Source: a virus. From it: a DNA stretch of 64,000 bases. The stretch spans positions 5,668-69,667 of IMG/VR virus record IMGVR_UViG_3300019766_000011; one strand, 5' to 3'. Below the pieces are notes generated by a model. That model saw only the letters and a list, made by a program, of their open reading frames with translations. It had not been told where the DNA came from and did no database searches. Below are positions 26,319-36,353 of this stretch, in pieces. Position 1 is the first letter of the stretch; every line of letters starts with the position of its first letter. A program made the translations under genes and the position numbers.

Positions 26319-28359
26319 TCTAGTTGATACCCAATTAGAGTTAGAAGATACCATGGTAGATATGAGTATCGAGAAGATGGAAGAAGCCATGGAGTCTGGT
26401 ACTTTCCACTCTCCACAGGTACAGATGCTTATGGAAGATACTCTTGAAAAGTTAACCAAAATCTACAAGGAAGATAAGTACCTTAAGGATCTTAAGTACC
26501 CTAGACAAGCAGCTTTTGGGATTCTTTGTTATATCATCCCATCTGTATTTGAGGGTTACGATTTACGTATAGCTGCCTTGGATGCAGCTGGACAGCATTT
26601 CCCAGATGAGCCACTTAAGCGTCAATTGCAACTTGGTACTCGTATGGTTACAGTTATCCCCGGATTTACTACAGGTTATGATGAACGTAATCATCTTATC
26701 ATAGAGGGAACTGAAGAAACTAAGAATTCCCTAGTGGATCAAGCACAGGAACTTGCCGAGTTATACCCTAAGCTGAAACCTATGATTGTTAAACCTAAGC
26801 AATGGGAGAAAGGGGAGAACGAAGGTGGTTACCTCTCAATTCGTAAACCACTTATTAGTCAACGACATAAGACTTGTAGAAATCCTTCAACAAAAGTTTT
26901 ATCTGCTATTAACAAAATGCAGAACACAGCTTTCAAAGTTAATAAAAAAGTTTTGGAAGTGGCTAATGCTATTGGTATTGAAGAAGAGAAACCTGAAAAG
27001 AAGAAGAGAGGTGAAAAGGCTAAGGCATTTAAACTTAGATTGAAAGCTATCGACTCTACTAACTCGGATAGTAATAAAATATTGTCTATCGCCAATGAGT
27101 ATAGGGATTTTGATGACTTTTGGTTCACTGTTTATGCAGATTACCGAATTAGAGTTTATTATTCTCAACATTATTTTAATGGACAAGGTAATGACCTATC
27201 TAGGGGACTGTTACAGTTTAGTAGTGGTAAGCCGTTAACAAGTGAAAAAGCTAAAAGATGGTTCCTTATCAATATAGCTAACTTAGCAGGTAAGGATAAA
27301 CTATTACTTAAAGATCGTGTTAAGTGGGTTAAACGTAACCACGATAAGATACTAGGTTGGGCTAATAATCCTGTAGAAGATCAAGGTTGGAGAGAGGGAT
27401 CTATCGCTAAAGATGGTAAACCTTGGCAATTCTTACAATCTTGTTTTGAGTATAAAGAGTATATCGAAAAAGGTGATAACTTTATTAACTACCAACCAGT
27501 AGCTTTGGATGCTGTATGTTCCGGTATCCAATTTTGGTCAGGATTACTATTGGATGAAAGTGGTGCTAGTAGTGTAGCCATGATGCCGGGAGATGTTATC
27601 AGTGACATTTACACTGAAGTAATGACTCAAGGTATTGATGCTATGACTAATGATGAGTTTAATGAATTTGCTAAAGAGTGGTTACGAAGTAATTTACTAA
27701 CTCGTAAACTTTATAAAACTCCAACTATGACGATATGTTATTCAGCAGGTAAAAAAGCTTTTAAAAAATATGTAAGAGACTTTAGTAAAGAGTTTATGTT
27801 CAAAGATAGAGAAGGTGCTATCACTTATATGGTAGATAATCTCATGAAAGCCATTAACTCTGTAGTTAAAGTTCAAAGGGGTATGGATTTCCTTAAAGAT
27901 TGTGTCAGAGGTAAAGGGGGAGTTGATTACACATCATACCTTGGTGCTCATATAGTACATAAGCCACTTGTTATGTACAAAGATAAAGTTGAGTGCATCG
28001 TTAATGGACAGAGATTCCAGATGGTACTAATGCGTAAAGGTTCTAAAGTTGATGATCGAAAGATCCTTACAGCTATTGCTCCTAACTTTATTCATAACCT
28101 AGATGCAACACTTTTAATGATGGTTGTTAATGCTTGTCCTAATATTAATAGTTGGTTATTGTGCCATGACTCTTATGCTACACATGCTGCTGATATTCCA
28201 GAAATGGCACAGCAATGTAGGAAGTGTTTTGTTGAGTTACTTAGTCAACCTTTACTTGAAAGGTTTAGAGAATCAATGAATGCTCAAGATATTAAGTTAC
28301 CTGAAAAAGGTAGTTATGATCTTAAAAATGTATTGAAGGCTCCTTACTTTTTCAACTAA
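26311..28359 (+). CDS. single-subunit T7-like RNA polymerase, short (682 aa)
   Basis: PMIVKPKQW, DYRIRVY, QGNDLSRGLLQF, LDAVCSGIQ (A), RKLYKTPTMTICY (B), APNFIHNLDA, HDSY (C), YFFN end. Confidence 0.93.
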   Translation: MTNLVDTQLELEDTMVDMSIEKMEEAMESGTFHSPQVQMLMEDTLEKLTKIYKEDKYLKDLKYPRQAAFGILCYIIPSVFEGYDLRIAALDAAGQHFPDEPLKRQLQLGTRMVTVIPGFTTGYDERNHLIIEGTEETKNSLVDQAQELAELYPKLKPMIVKPKQWEKGENEGGYLSIRKPLISQRHKTCRNPSTKVLSAINKMQNTAFKVNKKVLEVANAIGIEEEKPEKKKRGEKAKAFKLRLKAIDSTNSDSNKILSIANEYRDFDDFWFTVYADYRIRVYYSQHYFNGQGNDLSRGLLQFSSGKPLTSEKAKRWFLINIANLAGKDKLLLKDRVKWVKRNHDKILGWANNPVEDQGWREGSIAKDGKPWQFLQSCFEYKEYIEKGDNFINYQPVALDAVCSGIQFWSGLLLDESGASSVAMMPGDVISDIYTEVMTQGIDAMTNDEFNEFAKEWLRSNLLTRKLYKTPTMTICYSAGKKAFKKYVRDFSKEFMFKDREGAITYMVDNLMKAINSVVKVQRGMDFLKDCVRGKGGVDYTSYLGAHIVHKPLVMYKDKVECIVNGQRFQMVLMRKGSKVDDRKILTAIAPNFIHNLDATLLMMVVNACPNINSWLLCHDSYATHAADIPEMAQQCRKCFVELLSQPLLERFRESMNAQDIKLPEKGSYDLKNVLKAPYFFN

Positions 28360-28558
28360 AATGGGTAAATTCCGGACACTTACATGTTCGGAATTCCTAA
28401 AATATCCCCTACAGCCCCCGTATTTACTGGATTCCCTTACCCCCTTACAACGGGAGTAAAAGCGAACGGACTTTCTAGGTTCAAGAGATCTCAAGCGAAC
28501 TTATGATTTATTCGTTTATCCTCCCACAACATGTGCTCCTCCTCAAGGTGACTAACTA

Positions 28559-28615
28559 GCCACTACCTCTATGGATCTTTTTATTATTCATTATTTCGAG
28601 GTAGGGGCTTTTTTA
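28559..28615 (+). terminator. possible intrinsic terminator between RNAP and late operon
   Basis: ctacctc...gaggtag stem with large loop followed by T-run. Confidence 0.4.
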
Positions 28616-28639
28616 TTCTGATAGATTTGAGGAGAACCT

Positions 28640-29128
28640 ATGAGTACTACTAATTCTAAAAAACCTAAACCGAAGATAGCCGCTCCTTTTACCAAAGGTG
28701 ATGTGAGGGCTTCAAACGGTGGTAAAGCTAAAAAGAAAAATAGGATAGGCCGTGAATCCGCTATAGCTACATGTAGGCGTATGAATTTTGATTGTATGGA
28801 ACAACTCATACTTATAGCTCAGCGTAATGAACATGCGTTAGGGTGGAAAGAAGGTGAGATTACAGCAGCTGCATCTCTTAGTGCGACTAAAGAAGTAATG
28901 TCTTACATTATGGTTAAGAAACAAAATGTAGCTATAGTTGAAGGTGGAGGTTCTACGGGTGGCGGTGTCGAAGTAAGAATTACAGCCCCTATGAATAGTC
29001 AAGAGAAACGAGTTATACATTTAGAGGATAAAAAGGGAACATCTATAGAATTACCTGTTATGTCTCAGGAGGATTTAGATTCTATTAATGATGGAGTTAT
29101 TGATGCTGAGTTTATTGAGGTAGATTAA
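28640..29128 (+). CDS. putative terminase small subunit
   Basis: Position before TerL; PFTKGD.R..GG N-terminal motif; acidic IDAEF tail. Confidence 0.7.
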   Translation: MSTTNSKKPKPKIAAPFTKGDVRASNGGKAKKKNRIGRESAIATCRRMNFDCMEQLILIAQRNEHALGWKEGEITAAASLSATKEVMSYIMVKKQNVAIVEGGGSTGGGVEVRITAPMNSQEKRVIHLEDKKGTSIELPVMSQEDLDSINDGVIDAEFIEVD

Positions 29129-29130
29129 CT

Positions 29131-30930
29131 ATGTCTGATAACTACGAGTACATAGATGTATTCAAATCCCGACCTATTAACATAGGTAAGGTTAAAGGAA
29201 CAAATCAATTCGTTTATTATGAAATTGATCCTTTAACAGGTAAATACCTAATAGATCCATACTATGAAGAACATGAGCAATACCGTATTGCTTATAATCA
29301 TCAAGTATCTAAAGCGAGAGCTGGTATTATTTCTCATGAAGATGCAAATGATTTATCAGCACAGCCGGGACCTCAATGGTATTTTCTTCGTAATCAAGCA
29401 GATGTTATTATTTATGGTGGTGCTGCTGGTGCTGGTAAGACTTATGCAATAACTCTAAATCCTTTAACTACTATGGATCGTGAGCGTTTTAATCACGTTA
29501 TATTTCGTAGAACAAAAGAGGATTTAAAGAAATCAGGTGGTCCACTTGATGAAGCTAAATCCATGTACGCCAAGATTCCCGGTATGGAATACAATGTAGG
29601 TGAGAAGGAATTCTCATTCCCTTTCCTAACTAAACCCGGAGAACCTGAACGTCCTGAAGTTAAAGGAATGAATGTCCGTTTTGAAGGTCTTGAACATGTG
29701 GACTCTGTTCTGAAGTTCCAAGGTGCTCAGATTGAGAGTATTGTCTTTGATGAATTAACGCATTTTGAAGAATCCCAATTTACTTATATGATGACTCGTA
29801 ACCGTACAGGTACAGGACTTCCTCATAAGTGTACTGTTAAAGCGACTACTAACCCGGAGACGGGTTCTTGGGTACGTAAATGGTTAGATTGGTATTTATG
29901 GCCATTTGGTTCTGTTTATCCAGAAGGGTATAAGTCACCTACGGGTGAAGATGTATCTGGCCAAGAGTGTGGTGGACTTCCTATCAGAGAACGTTCCGGT
30001 AAGATTACTTACTACATTATACACCCTACACAGGGTCTTCAATTTAGAACTACACGTAAAGAGCTTCAAAGGGAATTCCCAGATCAGTGTATGCGGGAAG
30101 GTAATATTCTTACGGGTGATCCAGAAGACCCTATGGGAGCTATAAAATCTTTTACTTTTATATCAGCATCTGTATACGATAATCCTAAGATGCTAATGTC
30201 GAATCCCGGTTACATCTCCAGCCTTAAGAATCAGCCTAAACATATAGCTGATGGTTTGTTAGGTGGTAATTGGGATTCAACTTCCGGTGGTGGTCTATAC
30301 TTCAAAAGAGAATGGATTACCGAGTTTAAAGGTGGTAGTCGAGAAATAGAAAGACTACCTAACATCCCCTTAACTTATCTACGTTATTGGGATAGGGCTG
30401 CAACAGAACCGTCACTTGAATACCCTGATCCAGATTGGACAGTGGGTGCAAGGATGGCTAAAGACCATGATGGTAACATCTATGTAATAGATATTGAACG
30501 AGATCGTAAAGATCCCGGTGGTGTTGAAGACATGATGATGAATGCAGCTAGGAGGGATGGTATAGGGTGTCCACTATGGGTCGAGCAAGATCCCGGTTCT
30601 GGTGGTAAGTCCGATGTTAGTAACATCATACGTAAGTTTAGTAAGTACCCAGTAAGAGTTCATAGGCCAACTAAAGATAAGTTAACTAAAGGTCTATCCT
30701 TTTCAGCAGCTTGTCAAAACGGTATTGTTTACTTCGTAAAGGGCAGGTACTTAAACACCCTATACCATGAGTTAGAAACCTTTGATAATGATGGTAAAAA
30801 GAAAGACGATCAGTGGGATGCTGTAACAGGTGGTTATAATCAACTATCTGAATCAAATGCTCTAATATTCGAAATTGATGACCCTAATGAAGATCTTTGT
30901 GGACCTTCTCACTTTACAGAAAATTACTAG
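29131..30930 (+). CDS. terL: terminase large subunit
   Basis: QPGPQ, Walker A GGAAGAGKT, Walker B FDELTHF, TTNP, nuclease WDRAA..DWT..DDQWDA. Confidence 0.95.
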   Translation: MSDNYEYIDVFKSRPINIGKVKGTNQFVYYEIDPLTGKYLIDPYYEEHEQYRIAYNHQVSKARAGIISHEDANDLSAQPGPQWYFLRNQADVIIYGGAAGAGKTYAITLNPLTTMDRERFNHVIFRRTKEDLKKSGGPLDEAKSMYAKIPGMEYNVGEKEFSFPFLTKPGEPERPEVKGMNVRFEGLEHVDSVLKFQGAQIESIVFDELTHFEESQFTYMMTRNRTGTGLPHKCTVKATTNPETGSWVRKWLDWYLWPFGSVYPEGYKSPTGEDVSGQECGGLPIRERSGKITYYIIHPTQGLQFRTTRKELQREFPDQCMREGNILTGDPEDPMGAIKSFTFISASVYDNPKMLMSNPGYISSLKNQPKHIADGLLGGNWDSTSGGGLYFKREWITEFKGGSREIERLPNIPLTYLRYWDRAATEPSLEYPDPDWTVGARMAKDHDGNIYVIDIERDRKDPGGVEDMMMNAARRDGIGCPLWVEQDPGSGGKSDVSNIIRKFSKYPVRVHRPTKDKLTKGLSFSAACQNGIVYFVKGRYLNTLYHELETFDNDGKKKDDQWDAVTGGYNQLSESNALIFEIDDPNEDLCGPSHFTENY

Positions 30931-30938
30931 GAGCTATT

Positions 30939-32399
30939 ATGCCCAAACGTAGCAATATGCAAATGGCTTCTGGTTATAACCCTGAAGCTTGGAAACAAAA
31001 CTCAACTCATTCCTTTGGTCAATCAGGTATTACCCGAACAGATGGTTCCTTTGCTCAAGATGAAATTCTAAGAAACTTACAATTCCCTAATGGTATGTAC
31101 ATTTACAGGGAGATGAGAGATAACGATCCTATTGTTGGTGCAATGATGTTTGCGATCAACTCTATTATTAAGACCGTAACATTCTCAGCAAAATCTGCAA
31201 ACGATTCAGAAGAGGCACAGAATAATGCTTCACACCTTGAGTCTTGTTTAGCAGATATGGAACGCCCTTTTCACAAGTACATCTCTGAATTCTTTACTAT
31301 GCTTATCTTCGGGTTTGCAATTAATGGAATCGAATTTAAGAAACGAGTTGGTAATGTATTAGATCCTAAGTTTAAATCTAAATACCGTGACGGTAGGTGG
31401 GGATTCAGAGGCTTCCCTACTCGTGCTCAGGAAACTATAAGTGGTTGGAGATACCTTGATGAGTCTGATCCTCAAAGACTTACACATGCTGTTCAGGAGA
31501 ACGTAGGAAGTCTTAAATATGGTACGGAGGATTTAGACCTAGTACGTTTTTTACATTTCCGTGTAGATACTAACAAAGATAATCCGGAGTCCAGATCTAT
31601 ACTACGTAATGCTTATTTACCTTGGTTTTATAAAAAGAACTATGAACGTGATCAAGCTTTACGTATTAGCCATGATGCAAGAGGTCTTCCTGTATTTAAA
31701 GCCCCAGCTCAAGCAATGTCTTCACATGCAGCTCCGGGCGATAAGCAAATAATGAATGGTATTAGAGACTCTATTCGTAATATGTATGAGGGTAAACAGA
31801 AAGGTTTAGTGATTCCCTCTGATTGTGATATGGCAGGGAAAGAACTTTACTCTGTAGCCTACCTAAATCGTGATGCTAATGGTAGCTATGATGTTGAAGC
31901 TATTATTCAGAGACATAGTAAAGAGATACTGCAAACTGTTTTAGCCGACTTTATTGAGATGGGTAATACATCTGTAGGTTCTTTTGCACTTTCTAGTAAT
32001 AAGACTAAAATGTTCTCTGTTGCAGTTAGTGGTTGGCTAGATGAGATCGTAGATACTTTTCAAAAAGCTATTAATTATTTAGCAGAGTTAGAAAAGTGGT
32101 CACCTGAAAATGTCCCTACACTTCAGTATACAGATATAGAATCTGTTGATTTAGATGTATACGGTACATTCATTGAGAAGATGACTAAATCTGGTGTTAT
32201 TATCCCTGATGATCTTTTAGAAGAAGCAGTGCGTAAAGAAAGTGGATTACCACAAGCTTCGTCAGGATCTCGTGATGTGGGTATGATAGCAACTGCTAAG
32301 GCTAAAGCTGCTAAGGTTAAAGAGGAAGTAGATTCCAAGATAACCCCATCTGCTAAACCTGTAGCAAAACCATCTAGTCCAAGTAATTTAAAAACATAA
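30939..32399 (+). CDS. portal protein
   Basis: Follows TerL; YREMRDNDPIV, NPESRSILR, GLPV, GSFALS (DUF935/Mu gp29-like). Confidence 0.88.
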   Translation: MPKRSNMQMASGYNPEAWKQNSTHSFGQSGITRTDGSFAQDEILRNLQFPNGMYIYREMRDNDPIVGAMMFAINSIIKTVTFSAKSANDSEEAQNNASHLESCLADMERPFHKYISEFFTMLIFGFAINGIEFKKRVGNVLDPKFKSKYRDGRWGFRGFPTRAQETISGWRYLDESDPQRLTHAVQENVGSLKYGTEDLDLVRFLHFRVDTNKDNPESRSILRNAYLPWFYKKNYERDQALRISHDARGLPVFKAPAQAMSSHAAPGDKQIMNGIRDSIRNMYEGKQKGLVIPSDCDMAGKELYSVAYLNRDANGSYDVEAIIQRHSKEILQTVLADFIEMGNTSVGSFALSSNKTKMFSVAVSGWLDEIVDTFQKAINYLAELEKWSPENVPTLQYTDIESVDLDVYGTFIEKMTKSGVIIPDDLLEEAVRKESGLPQASSGSRDVGMIATAKAKAAKVKEEVDSKITPSAKPVAKPSSPSNLKT

Positions 32400-32408
32400 G
32401 GAGGCTTT

Positions 32409-33230
32409 ATGGCTTTAACACCATCACAGGTGTCCGAAGAGTTTGAAGAAGCCTTAACTGAAGAAATACTTATTCTATTATTCCTATTAAGAGAGTCAGT
32501 AGATACTGGGATACTTAAAGAAGCTTACAGAGTAGGAAACCCTCAAGCTGTTGTTGATTCCATAGACTGGGAAACTTTTAAATCGGGCTTAAGTGGAATA
32601 ACTCCTACCCTTTTGAAGGCTTATACCGAGGGAAGTAAATCTACATTAGCTGAACAGTCTAATACATTTAAAGGAGGCCCTATTGATATAACAGGGCCAC
32701 AGTCACAGGTTTTCTTACAAGCTATCTATGATATGATTTTAGAACTTGTAGAGGCAACAAAGAGAGGTGTCTACTCCGTTACAGAGAAGCTTCAATCTGA
32801 AGGTATGGGAACTAACACAGCAGCATCCATTATAATTTTATTATTAGGTTTAACTTCACAATCAGCTTCATCTTTAATTAATGCTAGAAATGCTCAAATA
32901 AAGAATGGAAACCCTCTTAAAAGTGTGAAGGAATCTTTAAATCGTCAATCTGAGAAAGCTCTACTGACTCGTGCTTCTTTTATTTCAGAGGATGAGTTAT
33001 ATAGCTCCGTTTCACAAGGTCGTAAAGATACATGGGAACAATGGGTTGCTACAGGTTTCTTAGCTAGTGATAAATTAAAACAATGGGTCACTAAAGCTGA
33101 TGAGTTCGTATGTCCCGTTTGTGGACCTTTACATTTAGTTACCACCGCTATAGGGACACCCTATCCCGGTGGATTATTTTCAACCCCGGCACACCCTAGG
33201 TGTCGATGTTACGAGAGGCTTTTTAGATGA
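32409..33230 (+). CDS. head morphogenesis protein (Mu gpF/SPP1 gp7-like)
   Basis: KQWVT..D..VCPVC..PAHPRCRC. Confidence 0.85.
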   Translation: MALTPSQVSEEFEEALTEEILILLFLLRESVDTGILKEAYRVGNPQAVVDSIDWETFKSGLSGITPTLLKAYTEGSKSTLAEQSNTFKGGPIDITGPQSQVFLQAIYDMILELVEATKRGVYSVTEKLQSEGMGTNTAASIIILLLGLTSQSASSLINARNAQIKNGNPLKSVKESLNRQSEKALLTRASFISEDELYSSVSQGRKDTWEQWVATGFLASDKLKQWVTKADEFVCPVCGPLHLVTTAIGTPYPGGLFSTPAHPRCRCYERLFR

Positions 33231-33790
33231 GCGAAGAAATGAAAACAGATGCACAACAGAACTTAGATGCTGTTAATGCACTAATTAAACAAATTAAACC
33301 TTTCATAGAAAACCCAGCACAAGATAAAACCATTAAATTGGAAATGTATGGTGATTGGGCAGAAATTAGCACTAGAACCTATGAATCTATTCGTAAATCT
33401 GGTGAAGTTACTGCTACTACTGATGAAGCTATGCAAATGACAGCTATTGTCATGAAGGCAGATTATCGTGATGCTCATGGTGGTTACACCTCAGCAGAAA
33501 CTGTTAAGAAAGCTTGTCAGAGTTATAACTCTATGGGTAATGGTGCAGCAGGTATTCAACATGCCTTAGCTGTAGAATCCGATACAGTTCAATTTACTGA
33601 AAGTTTTATTGCTATGGAAGATTTTGAGATAGTAGGTAGTGAAGCAACTACATTAGTAAAAGCTGGTGATTGGGTAGCTACTGCACAATTCAATAACCCG
33701 TTCTTCTGGAACATGGCCAAAGCTGGCGATTTGGATTCATTTTCAATCGAAGCTGATGGCATAATTACTATGGATGATGTTGATGTCTAA
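33227..33790 (+). CDS. prohead protease (XkdF/S78-like)
   Basis: DAHG, QH, ESFI, GDW, SFSIE motifs. Confidence 0.75.
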   Translation: MSEEMKTDAQQNLDAVNALIKQIKPFIENPAQDKTIKLEMYGDWAEISTRTYESIRKSGEVTATTDEAMQMTAIVMKADYRDAHGGYTSAETVKKACQSYNSMGNGAAGIQHALAVESDTVQFTESFIAMEDFEIVGSEATTLVKAGDWVATAQFNNPFFWNMAKAGDLDSFSIEADGIITMDDVDV

Positions 33791-34697
33791 TTTTATAGGT
33801 AATCACGAGATTACAAATATTACTTTCACCAAAGGTACATCCTGTATCTCAATAGTAGGTCCAGCACTCGGATCTGGTGCAAATGGTGAAACAGTTGCTT
33901 TACTTAAGTCGGATGAAGTTGATACTTCTAAAAAGATTGAATTTATTACTAAAGCAATGACTCAATTAAAGAAAGGTGATGAAGCTGTTGCTGAAAACTT
34001 ACTTAATTCTTTAAATGAGTTAAAAGAATCCTTGGAATCTTCTAACGAAAATGTAGAAGATGAGAAGGCAGAGGTGGTTGAACCTACAGAAGGTGATCCT
34101 CTCGAATCCGCTGATATTAATGATCCCGGAGTATCTACTGTAGATGTAGTATCAGGTGATCCATCAGCAACAACTGAGGCAGTACCTGTAGTTGCTTCAG
34201 AACCACAACCATCTCTGGTTATTAAATCTAAAAAAGGAAATAAAGAAATGTCTAAAGAAGTTGAACTAACAGTAGAACAAAAATATGAAGCACTTGTTAA
34301 AGCTAACGAAGCTAAGGATGCTAAATTAGATAAACTACTTAAAGCTGAAGAAGCTCGTACCTTTGAAGCTTGCTTAAATAAAGCTAAAGGCGTAGCACAT
34401 GCTATTGGTGAAGATGCTATTGAACCTCTTGCTAAAGCGTTAATGGCTATCGAAGGTGTTGAGACTATGGAGCCTCTTCTAAAAGCACTAGAAGCAGTAT
34501 CTGATTACGAAACCAATAAAGATCAACTAAATAAATCAGCGGGTCATGGTCTAGAAGGCGAAGATAATTCAAGCCTTAGTGTTGATCAGAAGATTGAGAA
34601 AGAATTTGATCGTTTAGTTAAAGCAACTAAAGATGCAGGTGAGTCTGTAAACTTTAAAGCAATTTTAGCTGAAGCAAAATCTAACATCCAAGGTTAA
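33783..34697 (+). CDS. protease-associated/scaffolding protein
   Basis: ISIV..GAN..LLKS N-terminus, acidic linker, helical C-terminus; internal SD+ATG at 34248. Confidence 0.7.
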   Translation: MSNFIGNHEITNITFTKGTSCISIVGPALGSGANGETVALLKSDEVDTSKKIEFITKAMTQLKKGDEAVAENLLNSLNELKESLESSNENVEDEKAEVVEPTEGDPLESADINDPGVSTVDVVSGDPSATTEAVPVVASEPQPSLVIKSKKGNKEMSKEVELTVEQKYEALVKANEAKDAKLDKLLKAEEARTFEACLNKAKGVAHAIGEDAIEPLAKALMAIEGVETMEPLLKALEAVSDYETNKDQLNKSAGHGLEGEDNSSLSVDQKIEKEFDRLVKATKDAGESVNFKAILAEAKSNIQG

Positions 34698-34754
34698 TTT
34701 CTAATAACTAGAAATTTTAACCTACAATTAATTTAATATAAGGAATTTTAAAAC

Positions 34755-35171
34755 ATGGCTAAGTCACGTCCAGTAGATATGATCGGTACTTTTGAAGCAG
34801 GCGAAACTCTATCAGCATACACTTTTGTATCATTAGATGTTGCAACTGGTAAATGGGTACAAACCACAGCTGCCAGTGCAGTAGACCAAACTGTATTAAC
34901 TGGTGTTATCCAGCAAGATGCAGTAGCTGGTCAAGAAGTTAATGTAATGCTTAAAGGTCAAACCAAGTTAGTATTCAGTACACCTATCTTAGAGGCAGCA
35001 GCTTCTAACGCTGGTAAGAAAGGCGCTCCTGTAGGTGTTCATGCAACTACTGGTGTAGGTATCCTAGGTGTAGCCGCTACAGCAGCAGGTGTACGTCCTA
35101 ACTTATTTGGTTTCATTACAGATACAGTTACTACTAATGGTAATATTGGTTCAATTTACTTAGTAGATTAA
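34755..35171 (+). CDS. capsid decoration/cement protein
   Basis: Immediately before MCP; GVIQQDAVAGQEVNVMLKG pattern. Confidence 0.75.
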   Translation: MAKSRPVDMIGTFEAGETLSAYTFVSLDVATGKWVQTTAASAVDQTVLTGVIQQDAVAGQEVNVMLKGQTKLVFSTPILEAAASNAGKKGAPVGVHATTGVGILGVAATAAGVRPNLFGFITDTVTTNGNIGSIYLVD

Positions 35172-35232
35172 TTGTTCCAGTAACCGATAAACCTAATAAT
35201 TTTAATATAGTTAATAAAAGGAATATATAAAT

Positions 35233-36300
35233 ATGCCAACTCCTAATATCAGTGATGTTCACATTTCTCGCCCGTTATCTAACATTTCTATCCAAATGAT
35301 TCAAGAAAGCGAAGATTTCATTGCTACTAAAGTTTTCCCTGCTGTACCTGTACGTCACAAAGCTGATACTTTTGTAACTTATGATCGTGCAAGTCGTAAC
35401 ACTCAAGCTATGGAAGTTCGTGCGCCCGGTACTGAAACCGTTGGTGGCGGCTGGAACTATGGTGAAGACACTTACGTGTGTAAAGTATACGGTTACCACG
35501 TAGATATTGATGATCAAACTCGTGATAATGCTGACCCAGCATATGATCTAGAAGCTGAAGCAGCTGAAGACTGTGGCCACAAAGCTTTACTACAACGTGA
35601 AGATAGTTTCATGAACTCTTTCTATAAGGCGAGTGTATGGGGTCGTGAGTTCCAAGGTGAAGATGCAGCCCCTGCATCAGTAGGTGCAGATACAGCAGCT
35701 ACAGCTACTCGTGGTAAGATCTCTCGTTTCAGTCAGTTTAACCGAGCTGATTCTGAGCCGTTTAAATTCTTCAAGCGTGTTATCAATGAGCAGAAGCTTC
35801 TTTCTGGTTACAAGCCGAATACCTTAATCTTATCTCAAGATATCTTTGATGTTCTTTCTGAGCACCCAGATTATCTAGAGCGTGTTACTGGTGGTTCTAC
35901 TGATTATGTAGGTACTGAGCTACAGCTTAGTCAACTTGCTGGTATCATTGGTGTTAACCGTGTACTACTTGCTAATGCAGTTGAATGGGTTGGTGATGAG
36001 CTACCTGAGGCTCATACTAGCAACAATGCATTTAATGATGCTAATGGTAATACCTATATGGGTGACCAGAAAGCTATGCTTTTCCTATACGTCAAGCCGG
36101 GTAAGATGGGTTTGAAATCTGTATCTGCTGGTTGTGTATTTGAGTGGACAGGTTACCGTGGTACTGTATCTAATGGTGCTAAAGTTAAGAAATTCCGTAT
36201 GGAAGCTCTTGAATCAGATCGTATTGAAATTAGCTTAGCGTATGACATGAAAGTGTTAGCTAAAGATTGCGGTACTTGGGTATTTGATTGTATCGCTTAA
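35233..36300 (+). CDS. major capsid protein
   Basis: 355 aa, strongly biased codons, LSNISI..FIA..VFP.VPV, KPNTLIL; followed by terminator. Confidence 0.92.
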   Translation: MPTPNISDVHISRPLSNISIQMIQESEDFIATKVFPAVPVRHKADTFVTYDRASRNTQAMEVRAPGTETVGGGWNYGEDTYVCKVYGYHVDIDDQTRDNADPAYDLEAEAAEDCGHKALLQREDSFMNSFYKASVWGREFQGEDAAPASVGADTAATATRGKISRFSQFNRADSEPFKFFKRVINEQKLLSGYKPNTLILSQDIFDVLSEHPDYLERVTGGSTDYVGTELQLSQLAGIIGVNRVLLANAVEWVGDELPEAHTSNNAFNDANGNTYMGDQKAMLFLYVKPGKMGLKSVSAGCVFEWTGYRGTVSNGAKVKKFRMEALESDRIEISLAYDMKVLAKDCGTWVFDCIA

Positions 36301-36320
36301 TAGCTTACTAATTTACCTTC

Positions 36321-36353
36321 AAAGGACATACTATTAAAGTATGTCCTTTTTTT
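36321..36353 (+). terminator. intrinsic terminator after MCP
   Basis: aaaggacatac-tattaaa-gtatgtcc + T7. Confidence 0.85.

Noticed and set aside
24860-28359. N4-like split RNA polymerase (two halves)
   Set aside because: Each ORF carries its own motifs A, B and C, so these are two separate catalytic domains.
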